From a virus (Duplodnaviria > Caudoviricetes), in the IMG/VR virus record IMGVR_UViG_3300028591_000072, positions 32,001-96,000 of that record: a stretch of DNA of 64,000 nucleotides. The stretch is one strand, 5' to 3'. Below, in pieces: positions 49,428 through 60,320 of this stretch (within the stretch, counting starts at the first letter, position 1; the number at the start of each line of letters is the position of its first letter). The position numbers and the translations under genes were made by a program. The notes under the pieces were generated by a model. It saw only the letters and a list, made by a program, of their open reading frames with translations, did no database searches and had not been told where the DNA came from.

Positions 49428-51134
49428 ATGAGCACTAAAAATAAAAACATAGCATCTCAAGCACTTTTGGAAATGGATGCCATCACTTCTGCAATAAAAG
49501 AAGAGAGCAAAAAATCAATGAAATCTCTTTTATCTGAAGCAGTTAAGACCGCTTTAAGGGAAAGTTGCGATGAAGAAGACGATAAAGATTACGAAGTGCA
49601 AGATGAGAACGAAAAAGAAGAAAACACTTCTGATAATAAAGAAAAGAACTCAAAAAAGGGCTCAACAAATGAAATTGGTAATCCTGAAATTGGTGGTGAA
49701 GAAGAACCTGGTAATGAATCAATGAATCAACCAGGGCAAGCAGACCCACAAATGGATGCAATGCAAGGAGCACCCGCAGAAAGTCCGGAAGCAGCACAAG
49801 GAAATCCCGAAGCAAGCACGGAAGGCGGACAAGAAGGTTGGGATGAATTCTCAGATTATCAAGTGGGAGACAGTAATACATATGACCTCACAGGTGAGAA
49901 TGACTACGACACAGTAGTGAAGGTTTATAAACTCTTGAATGACGAAGACCAAGTTGTCGTTAAAAAAGAAGGCGATACGGTTCAACTTCAAGACAATAAT
50001 GCCGGCACTGAATATATCATTGACTTGGGTGGTGATGAAGGACAGCCTGAAGCAAACGCACAAGAAATGGAAAGTGAGGAAATGCCTGACGAACTAAACG
50101 AATCTTTGTTAGATGGCGAAGACTTTGAAAATTTCGAAGATGACGAACCATTTGAAGACGAATTTATGGATGACCAATCTGTTATTGGGCACGAAAACGA
50201 TGACCCATTCATTTATGGGGATTATGAAGACCACAGAAATAAAGATTTGGGTGACTTTGACGAATTCGATGATATGGCAGGATTCGATGATGAATTATAC
50301 GAGGGCAAAATAAGAAATAATAAAAAAGCAAGAAAGCCAATGAAAGAAAGCAAAGAAGTACTATTCGAGGTTGACCTTGGATATACAGACAATTACCAAG
50401 ACAAGGACCCGATAGCAGGACTTTCTAATAATGAACCTTCTAAGGGTGGCAAATCTTGGCACAAGGGCGTTCCAACAGGAACAGCAAAACCATGGGCCGG
50501 TGAAACAAAATCAAAAGGTGACCCATTTAAAGACACACAAAAAGTACAAGGTAGTGTAAACGAAGAAGATGGTATTGATATGGGCGGTGACGTACCAATG
50601 GAAGAACAACAAAATGTTGGTGGTTTCGTACAACAAAATTCAGTAACAACATCAAGGATACCTAACTCAAACGGAAGAAAGGCAAGAAGCCAAAGAGGTA
50701 CTGATGTTAAAACAACTGGAAGTGCAGACCCACGTTATTCTTCAGCAACAAACGAAAGCAAAGAATTAAAAGCCATTAAGAACGAAAACAAAGAGCTTAA
50801 AAAGGCAATTATGGAACTTCGCAAGAGTTTGAACGAAGCTTACATCACAAACGTTAACCTTGGAAAAATAACAAAATTGTTCCTTGAAAACGCAACATCT
50901 CAACAAGAAAAGATTGATATTGTCAATCGTTTCACAAATGAGGCAAAAACATTAGAACAAGCAAATACTCTTTACGAGTCAATCAACAAACAATTAAAAA
51001 ACAAGCAACAAATAAGTCTTAATGAGTCTTCTTCAACCGCAAACGGAACCAAAGACTTAAATGAACAAAAAATCTACAAGACAAATGATTTAATGAAAAC
51101 AATTGACTTAATGGGTAGAGTTTTGAGTTGTTAA
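49428..51134 (+). CDS. prohead scaffold/core protein (gp22-like position)
   Basis: Acidic with a coiled-coil C-terminus; lies between protease and capsid gene. Confidence 0.7.
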   Translation: MSTKNKNIASQALLEMDAITSAIKEESKKSMKSLLSEAVKTALRESCDEEDDKDYEVQDENEKEENTSDNKEKNSKKGSTNEIGNPEIGGEEEPGNESMNQPGQADPQMDAMQGAPAESPEAAQGNPEASTEGGQEGWDEFSDYQVGDSNTYDLTGENDYDTVVKVYKLLNDEDQVVVKKEGDTVQLQDNNAGTEYIIDLGGDEGQPEANAQEMESEEMPDELNESLLDGEDFENFEDDEPFEDEFMDDQSVIGHENDDPFIYGDYEDHRNKDLGDFDEFDDMAGFDDELYEGKIRNNKKARKPMKESKEVLFEVDLGYTDNYQDKDPIAGLSNNEPSKGGKSWHKGVPTGTAKPWAGETKSKGDPFKDTQKVQGSVNEEDGIDMGGDVPMEEQQNVGGFVQQNSVTTSRIPNSNGRKARSQRGTDVKTTGSADPRYSSATNESKELKAIKNENKELKKAIMELRKSLNEAYITNVNLGKITKLFLENATSQQEKIDIVNRFTNEAKTLEQANTLYESINKQLKNKQQISLNESSSTANGTKDLNEQKIYKTNDLMKTIDLMGRVLSC

Positions 51135-51184
51135 CACTATTTATTAAACAAATAAAGAATAAAGAAAGAAAAAAAATAAGTAAA

Positions 51185-53161
51185 ATGAGAGAATTTTTAG
51201 CATCTGGTCAAGTTGGTAATATTGAACTCAACGAACAGAAAAGAATCAGAAAAGAAATTAATGAACGTTGGTCTGCTTTAGGCATGGTTGACGGTCTTAA
51301 GGGTATAATAAAAGAAAACATTGCTACTTTGTACGAAAATGAAGCAAAGGCACTTCTTTCAGAGGCAACCGCTTCAGACAATAGTGGTTCATTTGAAACT
51401 GTTGTATTCCCTATAATCAGAAGGGTTTTCAGCAAACTTCTTGCAAACGACATCGTTTCTGTACAAGCAATGAACCTTCCTGTTGGTAAGTTGTTCTTCA
51501 TGCTTCCTGTAACAAGTGAAAGAGAATGGGATGAACAATTCTTAGATAAGGACGGTAGATTACAAAACGGTTCAGTTGGTAGACATCGTGGCCTTATGGG
51601 TTATGAAAGAACCGACAGACATAATGGTAACACATACAACCGTTTCTATTTACCAGACGAAGTTGTAAATGATATGACTTTCCAATATTCAGAAGATGGC
51701 GGCGTAAATTGGACTGACATTGAAAGTGCAACAACTTATGATGAAGCACTTTTCAAAACAAAAGACATGGTTGCTAGTGATGGCGTTAGCCCTGTTATTG
51801 TAAGGCAAGCAAAGCCAACAGTAACAAAGTACAACAAGAGAACTCTTTATGATTTGTTCTACAATGATTTCTTGTATGACAATTCAAAAGGTAAGATTCG
51901 TATTAGAATTTCTGACCAAGTAACTCCTGTTACTTTGATTGATTTTGAGCCTGTTGAAATTGGAACTGACTATCAAGGTGAAACCGTAAAGCCACAAGCA
52001 TATGCAGATGGTACAATCAGAAATATTATGCTTCAAGTAAAAGGCTTCTCAGGATATAACGCAGGTAAATTAACCGGTCCTGATGGAAACGAAATGGACA
52101 CCGAAGCATTTTTGGCTTCATTAAAAGTTTATGCTAACTCAGCTATTACTTCATCAAGCGGAAACTCCACATTCGAAAAATACGAAGGAATTCCATTCAG
52201 AATCGTATCACAAAAATATGGTAAGGGTATTGTTGAATATGGTAACCCTTGCCAAGCAGACGGTACTATTTTGATTGACCTTGACCTTGCAAAACCAGTA
52301 AAGAAACAAGGTGATTCTTTAGATGGTTATAAAGGTATTGACTACACTGAAGATATTGACCCAGGTTTGTTTGCAATTGCTTGGTCACAGTATGACTCAT
52401 TAGAACTTGAAACCGAAATCGGTGAAGTTTCATTCAAACTTGAAAGTGTAACTGTTTCAGTTGAAGAAAGAAAACTTAGAGCAACTTGGTCACCTGAGTT
52501 AGCACAAGATGTCAGCGCTTTCCATAACATTGACGCTGAAGCTGAATTAACAGCATTGTTATCAGAACAAATCGCTGCTGAAATTGACCGTGAAATCCTT
52601 AGAGATTTGAGAAAGTTCGGTCCATGGCAAGCAAGATGGGACGTTAACGGATGGAGAAGACAAGCTGGTTTCTCAACCAACTATACTCAAAAAGACTGGA
52701 ACCAAGAATTGATGACTAAGATTAACCAAGTTTCAGCACAAATCCATAAGACAACTCTTCGTGGTGGTGCTAACTTCATCGTTGTGTCATCAGAAATCTC
52801 AGCAGTGTTCGATAACTTGGAATACTTCCACGTTTCAGATGCTAACGCTGAATCAGACCAATACAATATGGGTATTGAAAGAATTGGTGCTCTTCAAAAC
52901 AGATACCAAGTGTATAGAGACCCATATTCACCTGCTTGGTCAATTATAATTGGTCACAAGGGTAAGTCATTATTGGATACTGGTTACATCTATGCACCTT
53001 ATATCCCAATGCAATTAACCCCAACTATTTACAACCCTGAAAACTTCGCACCTGTAAAGGGTATAATGACACGTTATGCGAAGAAATGTGTTAACAACAG
53101 ATTCTACGGTGGTGTTAAAGTTGACGGCCTTGTACAATGGGACCCACAAGAAATTAGATAA
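51185..53161 (+). CDS. major capsid protein (T4 gp23-like)
   Basis: VFPIIRRV, VSVQAM, RKLRATWSPELAQD, EIDREI, YAPYIP, GIMTRY; start moved to ATG 51185. Confidence 0.95.
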   Translation: MREFLASGQVGNIELNEQKRIRKEINERWSALGMVDGLKGIIKENIATLYENEAKALLSEATASDNSGSFETVVFPIIRRVFSKLLANDIVSVQAMNLPVGKLFFMLPVTSEREWDEQFLDKDGRLQNGSVGRHRGLMGYERTDRHNGNTYNRFYLPDEVVNDMTFQYSEDGGVNWTDIESATTYDEALFKTKDMVASDGVSPVIVRQAKPTVTKYNKRTLYDLFYNDFLYDNSKGKIRIRISDQVTPVTLIDFEPVEIGTDYQGETVKPQAYADGTIRNIMLQVKGFSGYNAGKLTGPDGNEMDTEAFLASLKVYANSAITSSSGNSTFEKYEGIPFRIVSQKYGKGIVEYGNPCQADGTILIDLDLAKPVKKQGDSLDGYKGIDYTEDIDPGLFAIAWSQYDSLELETEIGEVSFKLESVTVSVEERKLRATWSPELAQDVSAFHNIDAEAELTALLSEQIAAEIDREILRDLRKFGPWQARWDVNGWRRQAGFSTNYTQKDWNQELMTKINQVSAQIHKTTLRGGANFIVVSSEISAVFDNLEYFHVSDANAESDQYNMGIERIGALQNRYQVYRDPYSPAWSIIIGHKGKSLLDTGYIYAPYIPMQLTPTIYNPENFAPVKGIMTRYAKKCVNNRFYGGVKVDGLVQWDPQEIR

Positions 53162-53187
53162 ACTATTTACCTGATATACAGGATGTT

Positions 53188-53217
53188 TAAAGAGCGTATT
53201 TTTTACGCTCTTTTTTT
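53188..53217 (+). terminator. intrinsic terminator after the capsid gene
   Basis: AAAGAGCGTA-loop-TACGCTCTTTTTT; similar hairpins at 41608-41636, 45677-45702, 58769-58800. Confidence 0.75.
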
Positions 53218-53303
53218 GTTGTTTTTTTTACAAACCCGATTTTTTTGTAGCAAAAAATGGTTTTATTAAATATTTATTTGTATAATATATAAAAACAAAA
53301 AAA

Positions 53304-55001
53304 ATGAAAACACATAACATAAATGAATTTTCAATAATTGAAGATTACAAAAATGGAAAAGGGTTTGATTATATTTGTAAAGCCTATAAAATTGGTAAGA
53401 TAAGACTTAAAGAAATATTAAACAAATTTGATGTCGAAATACGGAAGCCAAGTTCATTCTCAAAAAAAAGAAAATTTGTTGTGCCGGATTGGAAAACAAA
53501 AAAATACGTAGAAAGGGAAGGGTTTCATTATGTTGCAAGGTCAAAAGATTATGAGTTTGAAACATTCGATTATGAAAACAACGGTGGATATTTGACTTCT
53601 TTTATAAAAGAGAAATATAATATAGAAATCCCATCATTATATGAAAGGAGACTTTACTATCAAGAAACCGGAAATTATTGGTATGAGCAGTGGTTTGATA
53701 TCATTGAAGTTAAAGATAGCGAAAGAAAAAAATGTCCTTATTGTGAATGGTCAACGTGTGACATTGAGAACAAAAGTGGAAGTTTTCAGATGCATCTCAA
53801 AAAGGAGCACAATTTAACGATAGAAGAACACCTTAAAAAACACATTGAAGACTATGATTATTTTAAAGTTCATGCAAAAAAAGACAAGTTAAAAAGCATA
53901 CTTAAATACAAGAAAAACTACGTAACATGTCCAATTTGCGGAAATAAGTACCAAAAAATAACCCAATCACATCTATTGTCGCATAATTTATCAATGAAAG
54001 CCTTTAGAGAAAAATACCATAATTGTGATATATTGTCCAAAACAATGGAGAATCAAACACATGAAGCAATAAAACTTGGAAATACCGTAACTCTAAAATC
54101 AAGATTCGTATCAAAATATGAGAAAGAAATACAAGATTTTTTAATAAAAAACGGAATTTCGTTTGAAGCAAATAGGCAACTTTTAATAGGAAAAGAAATT
54201 GATATATTAATAAAGGACAAAAAAATAGGTATAGAGTTTGACGGTCTGAAATGGCACACTGAGTGGTTTGGTAAGAAAAGTCACAATTACCATCTTGAAA
54301 AAACAGAGATGTGTTTGGAAAAAGGTGTTGGATTAATACACATATTTGAGGATGAGTACGTTAACAATAAGGAAATTGTTCTTCATAAATTATCGCACAT
54401 TTTGGGTATTGACAAAGGATTAAAAAAGATAATGGGAAGAAAGTGTGATATAAAGGAAATTTACAAATATGATGCAGAACAATTCCTAAACAAATACCAC
54501 ATACAAGGGTTTGTTAGTGCAACGGTTTATTTGGGTGCTTTTTTTGAGAATAAATTAATTGCTGTAATGTCGTTTAAAAATGGAAACATAAAAAACAGTG
54601 ATTGGGAGTTGGTCAGGTTTGCGTCAAATTATGATTATGTCATGCAAGGTGTTGGCTCTAAAATGTTTAAGTATTTTATTAACAAATATAGCCCTTCAAG
54701 AATTGTTTCGTTTGCAGACCGTAGATGGACGTTGAATAAAGATAACAATTTCTATACAAAGGCAGGTTTTGTCTTTGAAAACTACACAAGGCCAGACTAT
54801 AAGTATTACAACGAAAACGAAAAAGGAATGAGATACAAAAGAGTTCATAAAATGAATTTAAACAAGAAAAAATTAAACAAAAAGTATGGATTTCCATTAA
54901 CAATGACAGAGACCGAAATGGCAAAGGCACTTGGATACGACAGGATTTGGGATTGTGGCCTAATAAAGTATGTATGGGAAAATCAGTCTGACAAGGACTG
55001 A
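53304..55001 (+). CDS. Hef-like homing endonuclease (Zn fingers + Vsr/DUF559-like nuclease + C-terminal domain)
   Basis: CPYC, CPIC; EIDI...GIEFDGLKWH...IHIFEDE; FL..YHIQG...ELVRFA...SFADRRW...IWDCG. Confidence 0.75.
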   Translation: MKTHNINEFSIIEDYKNGKGFDYICKAYKIGKIRLKEILNKFDVEIRKPSSFSKKRKFVVPDWKTKKYVEREGFHYVARSKDYEFETFDYENNGGYLTSFIKEKYNIEIPSLYERRLYYQETGNYWYEQWFDIIEVKDSERKKCPYCEWSTCDIENKSGSFQMHLKKEHNLTIEEHLKKHIEDYDYFKVHAKKDKLKSILKYKKNYVTCPICGNKYQKITQSHLLSHNLSMKAFREKYHNCDILSKTMENQTHEAIKLGNTVTLKSRFVSKYEKEIQDFLIKNGISFEANRQLLIGKEIDILIKDKKIGIEFDGLKWHTEWFGKKSHNYHLEKTEMCLEKGVGLIHIFEDEYVNNKEIVLHKLSHILGIDKGLKKIMGRKCDIKEIYKYDAEQFLNKYHIQGFVSATVYLGAFFENKLIAVMSFKNGNIKNSDWELVRFASNYDYVMQGVGSKMFKYFINKYSPSRIVSFADRRWTLNKDNNFYTKAGFVFENYTRPDYKYYNENEKGMRYKRVHKMNLNKKKLNKKYGFPLTMTETEMAKALGYDRIWDCGLIKYVWENQSDKD

Positions 55002-55079
55002 TTTTTTTTTGTTTCATTATTTTACAAATTTGGCTTGCTTTAAAATGGATGCACTATTTATTTATATAATTATATAATT

Positions 55080-56195
55080 ATGAGTCAAAAAGTCTTAAAT
55101 AAGAGAAGTTCAGCATTATCGAATGGCGAAGCAAAATTGCCAACGCCATCACAATTAGAATATGGAGAAATTGCAATAAACTTTGCAAATGGTCACGAAA
55201 CGTTATCAATAAAAAATAACAATAACGAAATAGCAACTTTTTCTTCAGATAATTATTTTCAGTCTATTATTGAAAAAAATGAATATATAACATCAAAAGC
55301 ATTAACTGATTTAAATAGCCGATTGGTATCATCGGCTTCTCAGCTGGTAAATGATGTTGGTTTTATCACAGGTTATACAGAAACTGACCCAACAGTGCCA
55401 TCATGGGCCAAGAAATCAACAAAGCCCTCGTATACCGCAAATGAAGTTGGCGCATTACCAACAGGAACAACATTAGACAATATTCAAGATGGGTCAACAA
55501 GAAAATTAAGTGATTATGCAACATCATCAAACACCCACAACGAAATAGTTAATGTTAGTGGTAACATTAAAACATATATAGACAATAAAGTATCTTCTGT
55601 TTATGCATATAAGGGTTCTGTAACAAATTATTCAGACCTATCATCAATAGAAAGCAAAGAAGCCGGAGATGTATATAACGTAATAAATGCAAATGGTTCA
55701 ACGCCAGGTGGCACAAACTACGCATGGACTGGTACTGAATGGGATGCACTTGGCGGAACAATAAATTTGTCTAATTATGTTGAAAATTCTACTTTTACAA
55801 CCCATACTGAAAATACAGAAATCCATGTAACAGCAGCACAAAAATCTTCTTGGGATTCGAAAGTAAGCAACGTCCAATCAGATTGGAACGCCACAACAGG
55901 TTTGGCTGCAATTTTAAACAAGCCAACCATTCCAACAGTTAATGACAATACAATCACATTGACGTTCAATGGTTCTACAGTTGGTACATTCACATTGAAT
56001 CAAAATAGCAACAAGACTATTGATATTGGTACAATTATTGGATTACCACAATTTTCATCAGCAAATAATGGACAGATTCTTGGCGTTGTAAACGGGCAAT
56101 TGGCATGGGTAACGCCTATTGCAATTTACACTGGTAGTGGCACACCAAGTGCTTCACAAGGTAATGACGGTGATATTTATTTACAAACATCTTAA
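55080..56195 (+). CDS. putative tail fibre/virion protein
   Basis: LEYGEIAIN N-terminus, ETDPTVP, YKGSV, NVQSDWN, G.DGDIY motifs; late motif upstream. Confidence 0.7.
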   Translation: MSQKVLNKRSSALSNGEAKLPTPSQLEYGEIAINFANGHETLSIKNNNNEIATFSSDNYFQSIIEKNEYITSKALTDLNSRLVSSASQLVNDVGFITGYTETDPTVPSWAKKSTKPSYTANEVGALPTGTTLDNIQDGSTRKLSDYATSSNTHNEIVNVSGNIKTYIDNKVSSVYAYKGSVTNYSDLSSIESKEAGDVYNVINANGSTPGGTNYAWTGTEWDALGGTINLSNYVENSTFTTHTENTEIHVTAAQKSSWDSKVSNVQSDWNATTGLAAILNKPTIPTVNDNTITLTFNGSTVGTFTLNQNSNKTIDIGTIIGLPQFSSANNGQILGVVNGQLAWVTPIAIYTGSGTPSASQGNDGDIYLQTS

Positions 56196-56257
56196 AAAAA
56201 TAATAGCAGAATAAATTTCATCCATTCCAAAAAAAGGAAGGGATTTAATTTTAAAAA

Positions 56258-58720
56258 ATGAGTAGAGTAATATCATATACAAGCGCAATAACAATTAATC
56301 CAACTTCTTTTGATAGTGTTAATTCATCATATGCATCAAATTACAATGATGGAAGTACAGCAATTGATGGTATATACAATGGGAATGTCATAAGTAATGG
56401 CTTCGATAATAGTGGTTCAACAACGAGAGCTGCATTTTATACCAATACTGGGCAATCAGCATCAAGTTACATTTATTATAATTTTGATTGTTCAAGAATA
56501 CCGCAAACAGCAATAATAAACTCAGTAGAATGTACAGTTAAATGTGGTAATCAAGGAACTAATTACTATAATACAAGACAAGTACAATTATGTGCTGGTA
56601 TAACACCGAAAGGAAGTGCAACAACTATGACGGGTTCCAATACTTCACCGTCTTCACATGCATTGACAGTTGGTACTTGGACAAGAGAAGAATTGGATAA
56701 CTGTAAGATTAGAATGTACCTTACAAGACTTAATAGTACGGGTACAGGTGCTACTGAGCCTTCGACTGTATCATTCTATGGTGCAACATTAGTTGTTAAT
56801 TATTCTGTTAATGGTACTATGTATGAAATCACATCTTCAAGTGAAACAAATTTAGCAACTGTTGAACCTTCTTCACAAGAAATATTAGAAGGTGAAAATG
56901 GTATTGTTAAAATTGAAACTGATAATGTTGGTGATATTGTTGTTGAAGATAATAGAACAGATGTCACCAACCAATTAGTTGTTAAACAAAAAATAGCAAG
57001 TGGTTCTTCAGAAACAGTTTTAGGAACATATACATTAGTTAGTGGTGGGTTTAATGGACAAGGCGCAAGTTATTTTCAAGGTATTGTAGGTAAAGGTGTC
57101 ACAGGTTCAACAACATCAAGTAACTACTACAGTAATGGAAGTAGTACAATCACAGTTTTTACATATAATTTAACGTTTAGTGATATACCAAGTAATGCCA
57201 CAATTACAAGGCTGTATTGTCAAGTTAATGGTCATGCCGAATCTACATCAAACGCAAACGAATATATGTGTATACAACTAATACTCGGTGACACAGCAAC
57301 AACAATAAGTGATGAAATTAATTTTAAATCAATTGGTACTTCTAATTCAACACAGACATTAGAAGCAACAACGTTACCTACAGTAACACAATTATCAAAT
57401 TTAAAGTTAAAATGTAGATTAGGTTATTATGGTGGTGCAATTAACGGTGCAACATGTTATGTTGAATATACATTACCGGTAGAAGGAAACCAATTTTATT
57501 ATGAATATACTGTAACCAATATATCTGCGGACCACACAATACTTGTTTCAGAAAATATAATAGTTCCGCCTGAAGAAGATGAAACAAAAACATATTATCC
57601 AATAACTATATCATCAATCAATGCAACAACAAATCCATCAAAGGGTACAACAAGAGTTGAAAGCGGTACAAGTGAAACAATAACGATTACACCTTCTGAC
57701 CCGCAATTGACGTTGGCCTTGGATAATGGTGTAGATATCACAAGTCAATTGGTTTCTCATGGTACTGATAGTCCTACTTCTGCCATTACAAATATAACAA
57801 CAACATATGGTTTTGTATATAATCAATCAACAGGTTATTATGTTTCAAATAATAATGGTGTTGGGAGTAGTGCTGCTGTAGCAAGAATTACACTTGATTT
57901 ACCTGTAAGAAGTTTAGTTACTTTCCAATATATTAATTATGCAGAAGCAACCTATGATTTTGGTGTATTTGGTAAAGTTGATACTGCTCTCAGTACTTCC
58001 GCATGGAATTCTTCACAATCTGGTGGTGATACCTCAACAGATGCAGGTCTTGAACAAATTAGATTAAACACTAATAGTTACAACAGTGCAAATGCACAGA
58101 ATTTAACATATGAAATACCTGCCGGTGAACATTTTGTAGATGTTAAATTTGCAAAAGATGAAGCAACAGATAGCAATAATGATAGTTTACAATTTAAAAT
58201 CACAAATATTGAATTACTCGAACCAACGGTTGGGTATTACACATATGATTTAAGCAATATTAACCAATCTCACTCGTTAATATTTATATTTGGTGATGTG
58301 ACTTATTATTTTATTAATTCAACAACAAATACCGAATGTAAATTATATCCAAATGGACAAATGGTTGCATTACCAGGTGATGATTACAGGCTTACAATTG
58401 TACCAAAAAACCCAACAGATACTATTTCCGTAACAGATAATGGAACTGATATAAACGATAATCTTGAAAGGAAAGAAATAACTATAGAAAAAGATGGTGA
58501 ACAAATAACAACTGTTAACTATATTTATAGATTAACAAATGTTCAAACAGCACACACAATAAATGTTATGTCATCATCCGGACAGGTCATTTATAGAAAA
58601 GAAAATGGTATTTGGAATATTAAACGTGTATGGCGAAAAAATAGTAGGAGTGATTGGGAAGAAATTTCTGATTATAGCAACTTATTTGATGAAAATACTG
58701 TATACATAAACAAAGAATAA
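56258..58720 (+). CDS. large T/S/N-rich beta protein, putative fibre/adhesin
   Basis: Repeated DNG.D(I/V)T and Y...N....HT units; duplicated IP..A.I modules. Confidence 0.65.
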   Translation: MSRVISYTSAITINPTSFDSVNSSYASNYNDGSTAIDGIYNGNVISNGFDNSGSTTRAAFYTNTGQSASSYIYYNFDCSRIPQTAIINSVECTVKCGNQGTNYYNTRQVQLCAGITPKGSATTMTGSNTSPSSHALTVGTWTREELDNCKIRMYLTRLNSTGTGATEPSTVSFYGATLVVNYSVNGTMYEITSSSETNLATVEPSSQEILEGENGIVKIETDNVGDIVVEDNRTDVTNQLVVKQKIASGSSETVLGTYTLVSGGFNGQGASYFQGIVGKGVTGSTTSSNYYSNGSSTITVFTYNLTFSDIPSNATITRLYCQVNGHAESTSNANEYMCIQLILGDTATTISDEINFKSIGTSNSTQTLEATTLPTVTQLSNLKLKCRLGYYGGAINGATCYVEYTLPVEGNQFYYEYTVTNISADHTILVSENIIVPPEEDETKTYYPITISSINATTNPSKGTTRVESGTSETITITPSDPQLTLALDNGVDITSQLVSHGTDSPTSAITNITTTYGFVYNQSTGYYVSNNNGVGSSAAVARITLDLPVRSLVTFQYINYAEATYDFGVFGKVDTALSTSAWNSSQSGGDTSTDAGLEQIRLNTNSYNSANAQNLTYEIPAGEHFVDVKFAKDEATDSNNDSLQFKITNIELLEPTVGYYTYDLSNINQSHSLIFIFGDVTYYFINSTTNTECKLYPNGQMVALPGDDYRLTIVPKNPTDTISVTDNGTDINDNLERKEITIEKDGEQITTVNYIYRLTNVQTAHTINVMSSSGQVIYRKENGIWNIKRVWRKNSRSDWEEISDYSNLFDENTVYINKE

Positions 58721-58885
58721 AATTATTTAACTATATACTTTATGTCAACTGGTATATAGTTCCATAATAAAAAGGCCCCGATTACTCAGGGCCTTTTTTT
58801 AATTTTATGCACCATATGAAGCATATTTTCATTTATGCATTATATGGTGCATAATTTGTTTTCGATAAGCATATAGTTACCTTAT

Positions 58886-59614
58886 TTAATAATCAGCATC
58901 AGACTTTAAGAATTCATCCATTTGATATTTAATGTCTTCTTCATCCGGCCAATCCTTGATATATCCGTTTTCATCTATTGTCAAACAGATGTAATCTCCA
59001 TATCCTGAATCGTCAATAGCAAGCATGTCAGGTACGTAATCTTCTAATTCACAAATAACATTCATATTATTGTCATATGCCGTATATACACCGTCATCAC
59101 ATACTTTATAAAACACTTTCGCTGTTACGCCTTGTGTCCAATTAAGAATTTTTCCATCCTTAATATCAATAAGAATGTTCCATCTACCATTTTCATCAAT
59201 ACATGGAATTCTTGGGTTATCATCATCATCACTTTCTCCATTTACATCTGTATCTTCCCAATGTCTAACGCCGGCATCACAACGAAAATACCTAACATTT
59301 CTATAATTCCACATATCCGATTTCATATCTGAAATTGAATCATAAACCGCCCAATCTTCAGACATCATATCAGTTTGGCTTGCCAACCAGCCCGTCAAAA
59401 CTTTGTTGTCAGCCGTTTTCATACGTATTGAGCCAAGACACTCCACTTCACCGCCGTTAGCGTCTGCAATGGCCTTTAAATGCGGTTCTTTGCACCATTC
59501 TGCCTTAACTGTTGCCGGTGGCATATACCAAAGATACATATTTTTGCCATTCCACCCTTTTCTAGTTACGAATTTACCATCTTTCATGGCTTCAATTGCT
59601 TCTCCAAATTTCAT
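58886..59614 (-). CDS. DUF2829 (Tad2-like) domain fused to an uncharacterised C-terminal domain
   Basis: MKFGEAIEAMKDGKFVTRKGWNGK...GWLASQTDMMSEDW, then about 145 extra aa. Confidence 0.78.
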   Translation of the reverse strand: MKFGEAIEAMKDGKFVTRKGWNGKNMYLWYMPPATVKAEWCKEPHLKAIADANGGEVECLGSIRMKTADNKVLTGWLASQTDMMSEDWAVYDSISDMKSDMWNYRNVRYFRCDAGVRHWEDTDVNGESDDDDNPRIPCIDENGRWNILIDIKDGKILNWTQGVTAKVFYKVCDDGVYTAYDNNMNVICELEDYVPDMLAIDDSGYGDYICLTIDENGYIKDWPDEEDIKYQMDEFLKSDADY

Positions 59615-59636
59615 AATACACTTATTTTACAAATTA

Positions 59637-59828
59637 TTAGTTGCATGAAGTTCTAAATAAAATTCCACTTAAAACATTAAGGCCCAATGCTTGAACCCAA
59701 GTTATTTTAACAAGCCCAAACAAAGTAGGCATTAACCAATTCCACAGCCACATTGTTGGGAATGAAAATACAATAGCAAGAATTACAATTAAGGCAATAC
59801 CGCCTAAAATTTCAAGTAATGTTTCCAT
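59637..59828 (-). CDS. small membrane protein
   Basis: Hydrophobic segments; WLWNWLMP.LFGL..IT..QA.G. Confidence 0.7.
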   Translation of the reverse strand: METLLEILGGIALIVILAIVFSFPTMWLWNWLMPTLFGLVKITWVQALGLNVLSGILFRTSCN

Positions 59829-59851
59829 ATCAATATATTATTAAATTATTT

Positions 59852-60268
59852 TTATTTATTGAACCAAAGAACATGTGTAAAATCAGTCCTAACCATATCA
59901 TATACAAAATCAGATGGCTTAACTATGATATTACTTTTTGCTGTTTCGGTTGCATAATAGCCAATACCATCTTCATCAGTAAATACTTTGTGAGTTTCAT
60001 CACACATTTCCTTGAACTTATTTATTTCATATAAAGTTCCAGACCACTCTTTTCCATATGTTAAAATTGGGTCTTCTTTAATCCTCAAGAATTTATCAAC
60101 AAAAAATAACCTATCCTTAGCATCATGTGCTTTGTTACAAAATTCAGCAAATGACAAATTATCCTTTAGGCATTCTGTTTCTATTTGATTATATTTTTCC
60201 TCAAGTCTATTTCTCTCAGAAATCAATTCATTATAACTTTTTTCTTTATAAACAGTATAATCAAACAT
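59852..60268 (-). CDS. hypothetical protein
   Basis: 138 aa ORF; TTGTATATT motif upstream. Confidence 0.65.
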   Translation of the reverse strand: MFDYTVYKEKSYNELISERNRLEEKYNQIETECLKDNLSFAEFCNKAHDAKDRLFFVDKFLRIKEDPILTYGKEWSGTLYEINKFKEMCDETHKVFTDEDGIGYYATETAKSNIIVKPSDFVYDMVRTDFTHVLWFNK

Positions 60269-60320
60269 ATTTTAAGACTTTTTCTTTAATATACAAAATT
60301 TTTATTTTTTTTCAAAATTA

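Larger units (their letters stand above)
16520..60296. promoter_or_regulatory. putative early/middle promoter motif TTGTATAWT
   Basis: Sense copies before cas6 (16520-16528 -), and at 20454 (-), 23472 (-), 26098 (-), 29895 (-), 60288 (-), 53278 (+). Confidence 0.55.

Noticed and set aside
58723-58750. dif-like site (TTATGTCAACT arm)
   Set aside because: The left arm does not resemble a XerC arm; better explained by the dispersed repeat core
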